Shown one piece after another: positions 3,933-5,242 of a DNA stretch of 5,242 nucleotides. The DNA lies in the NCBI GenBank assembly GCA_964468425.1, contig CAYXSZ010000064.1:1-5242 (forward strand). The letters run 5' to 3'. Below the pieces are notes generated by a model. The model worked only from the letters and a program-made list of their open reading frames with translations, ran no database searches and was not told where the DNA came from. Positions within the stretch are counted from its first letter, which is position 1. Every line of letters starts with the position of its first letter. This DNA is from Candidatus Woesearchaeota archaeon. GTDB taxonomy: Archaea; Nanobdellota; Nanobdellia; Nanobdellales; Nanobdellaceae. Both the position numbers and the translations under genes were made by a program.

Positions 3933-5242
3933 TGTCTTTTGAAATAAAGAGGTTCGAGGAACTCGACCTGAAAGGTTTAAAGAAGGAAATAGAAGAGGAA
4001 AGAAAGTTCGTAGAAAAAGTTCTCGAGGGAAAAATCGAGTGTGATAAAAAGGAATTCGTAAAAACAGCCCTGTTTGTTGTAGAATCTCCCAACAAGGCTA
4101 GAACCATCGCCAACTTTTTTGGAAAGCCCTCAGTTAGATCCTTCGGAAAGATACAAGCCTATGAAGTTTCAATTGGAAACTATCACTTAATAATCACTGC
4201 TACAAAAGGGCACTTGATTGATCTCTCTACAAAAGACATAGGTCTTTATGGTGTAGAAGTCAAAAATGGAAAGATTTTACCTCACTATAACTCAATCAAA
4301 AAGTGTTACGATTGCGGTTATCAGTTTACAGAATACGATTCTGAGGAGAAAAAATGTTTAGTGTGTGGAAGTGACAACATCGACGATGCGTGGGAAAGAA
4401 TCGAAGCCATCCAGCAACTAGCTCAAGAAGTTGACGAAGTAATCATTGGAACGGATCCCGATGCGGAAGGTGAATTTATAGCGTACACCGTTTATTTGTT
4501 AGTCAGACCCTTCACTCAAAATATTAAAAGAGCAGAGTTTCACGAGGTAACAAAAACAGCTATAATAAATGCTCTTAATAACCTTCGAGAAATTAACTTG
4601 AATAGAGTCAAGGCTCAAATGGTTAGGAGAATAGAGGATAGATGGTTAGGATTTAGCTTAACTGAAAAAGTAAGAAAAGCGTTTAAAAAAGATTGGCTGT
4701 CAGCGGGGAGAGTACAAACTCCCGTTCTTGGGTGGATTGTAAAAAGATACCTCGAGCATAAGAACTCTCTAAGCTATTTCATAGGAATCCGAGCCGGAAA
4801 GTTAAATTTAATCTTAGACCTAGATATTAAAGATAAGAAGAAACTAAACCAAGTTCTAGAGGTCTTGAAGAAAGCTAAAGTTAAGATAAAAAATAAGAAG
4901 TACGAAGAAGTGGAGTTAAATCCTCTACCCCCTTACATGACCTCAACTATGCTTCAAGACGCCACGAACTATCTCGGAATAGGAGTAGATCAAGTCATGC
5001 AAATTGCACAGGATTTATTCGAAGCAGGACTTTGTGTGGCTGGTGATACGTACATAACCCTAGCAGATGGTCAAATAAAAAGAATAAAAGACATTGTTGA
5101 AAAGAAAGAAAATACATCCCTATTAGGAACGAACAGCTTATCCATTAAAGAGAGTAAAATAGTAAAACATTGGAAAATAAAGTATTCTGGAAAAATTAGA
5201 AAAATAATCCTGGAGAATGGATATGAAATAAAAGTAACTCCA
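3932..5242 (+). CDS. rgy: Reverse gyrase, topoisomerase (Toprim/type IA) subunit encoded without the helicase module; 3'-partial (runs off the window) and interrupted by an intein from nt 5033
   Basis: I translated this by hand: ATG3932 overlaps the aEF-1beta stop (TAATG), and 437 codons stay open to the window end. It is absent from the ORF track because it has no stop in the window. Reverse-gyrase signature motifs are 'ALFVVESPNKARTIANFFGKPS' (Toprim Glu51, nt 4082-4084), the inserted Zn finger 'CYDCG..x12..CLVCG' (4304-4369), 'IIGTDPDAEGE' (4442-4474), 'SAGRVQTPVLGWIV' (from 4700), 'PLPPYMTSTMLQDA', and 'IAQDLFEAGL', which normally precedes I-T-Y-H-R-T-D with the catalytic Tyr. Confidence 0.9.
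   Translation, partial: MSFEIKRFEELDLKGLKKEIEEERKFVEKVLEGKIECDKKEFVKTALFVVESPNKARTIANFFGKPSVRSFGKIQAYEVSIGNYHLIITATKGHLIDLSTKDIGLYGVEVKNGKILPHYNSIKKCYDCGYQFTEYDSEEKKCLVCGSDNIDDAWERIEAIQQLAQEVDEVIIGTDPDAEGEFIAYTVYLLVRPFTQNIKRAEFHEVTKTAIINALNNLREINLNRVKAQMVRRIEDRWLGFSLTEKVRKAFKKDWLSAGRVQTPVLGWIVKRYLEHKNSLSYFIGIRAGKLNLILDLDIKDKKKLNQVLEVLKKAKVKIKNKKYEEVELNPLPPYMTSTMLQDATNYLGIGVDQVMQIAQDLFEAGLCVAGDTYITLADGQIKRIKDIVEKKENTSLLGTNSLSIKESKIVKHWKIKYSGKIRKIILENGYEIKVTP
5033..5242 (+). mobile_element. Intein, N-terminal splicing region (block A and following), truncated by the window end
   Basis: The extein motif 'AQDLFEAGL' is followed not by the catalytic-Tyr motif but by 'CVAGDTYITLADGQIKRIKDIVE', a close match to intein block A (C-[LV]-x-G-D-T-x-[VI]-x-L-x-D-G-x-x-x-x-I-x-[DE]-[LIV]). 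The window ends at '..ENGYEIKVTP', the usual lead-in to block B (T-x-x-H). The C-terminal splice junction and any homing-endonuclease domain are out of view. Confidence 0.75.

Noticed and set aside
3925-4113. 62-aa minus-strand ORF
   Set aside because: It is antisense to the start of the reverse-gyrase subunit gene, including the Toprim motif region, and has low-complexity S/F/L composition.
5041-5220. Lower GC of the intein segment (about 29 % by hand count) as evidence of horizontal acquisition
   Set aside because: K-rich stretches of the host extein are equally AT-rich; for example 4801-4860 counts about 25 %. Over 180 nt the difference is not meaningful.
1-5242. CRISPR arrays, IS elements or transposases, C/D-box sRNAs, long direct repeats
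   Set aside because: Reading both strands showed no spaced repeat array, no transposase-like ORF, and no paired C (RUGAUGA) and D (CUGA) boxes in the non-coding gaps. The only tandem repeat is the 9-bp TGATTTTT(A/C) doublet already explained as a T-tract terminator.

Overview
Gene-dense, AT-leaning window (about 38-40 % GC from hand counts of several 60-nt lines). The proteins are K/E/I-rich, AGA/AGG/ATA codons dominate, and the one tRNA has almost purely G:C stems and no encoded CCA. With aEF-1beta and a reverse-gyrase module present, this points to a hyperthermophilic archaeon; I cannot name the species. Gene order: (1) a divergent 548-aa aldehyde:ferredoxin oxidoreductase (AOR) family protein, 38-1684 +; (2) tRNA-Leu(CAG), 1692-1775 +, with almost no flanking spacer; (3) a convergent 150-aa orphan protein with type-IV-pilin-like layout, 1777-2229 -; (4) a 49-bp divergent promoter region; (5) a THUMP/NPPY m2G RNA methyltransferase (Trm14/TrmN-like) that needs a GTG/TTG start, 2279-3448 +; (6) a tightly packed same-strand cluster of a small Zn-ribbon protein (3470-3652), aEF-1beta (3657-3932) and an ORF missing from the supplied track because it runs off the window (3932->5242). 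That last ORF is the topoisomerase (Toprim/type IA) half of reverse gyrase, encoded without its helicase half. Just before the expected catalytic-tyrosine motif it is interrupted by what reads as the N-terminus of an intein (CVAGDTYITLADG..., from nt 5033). The main lead is therefore a reverse gyrase that is both naturally split and intein-interrupted, and translationally coupled to aEF-1beta. The pilin-like orphan beside the tRNA is the secondary lead. I found no CRISPR array, IS element or long repeat.
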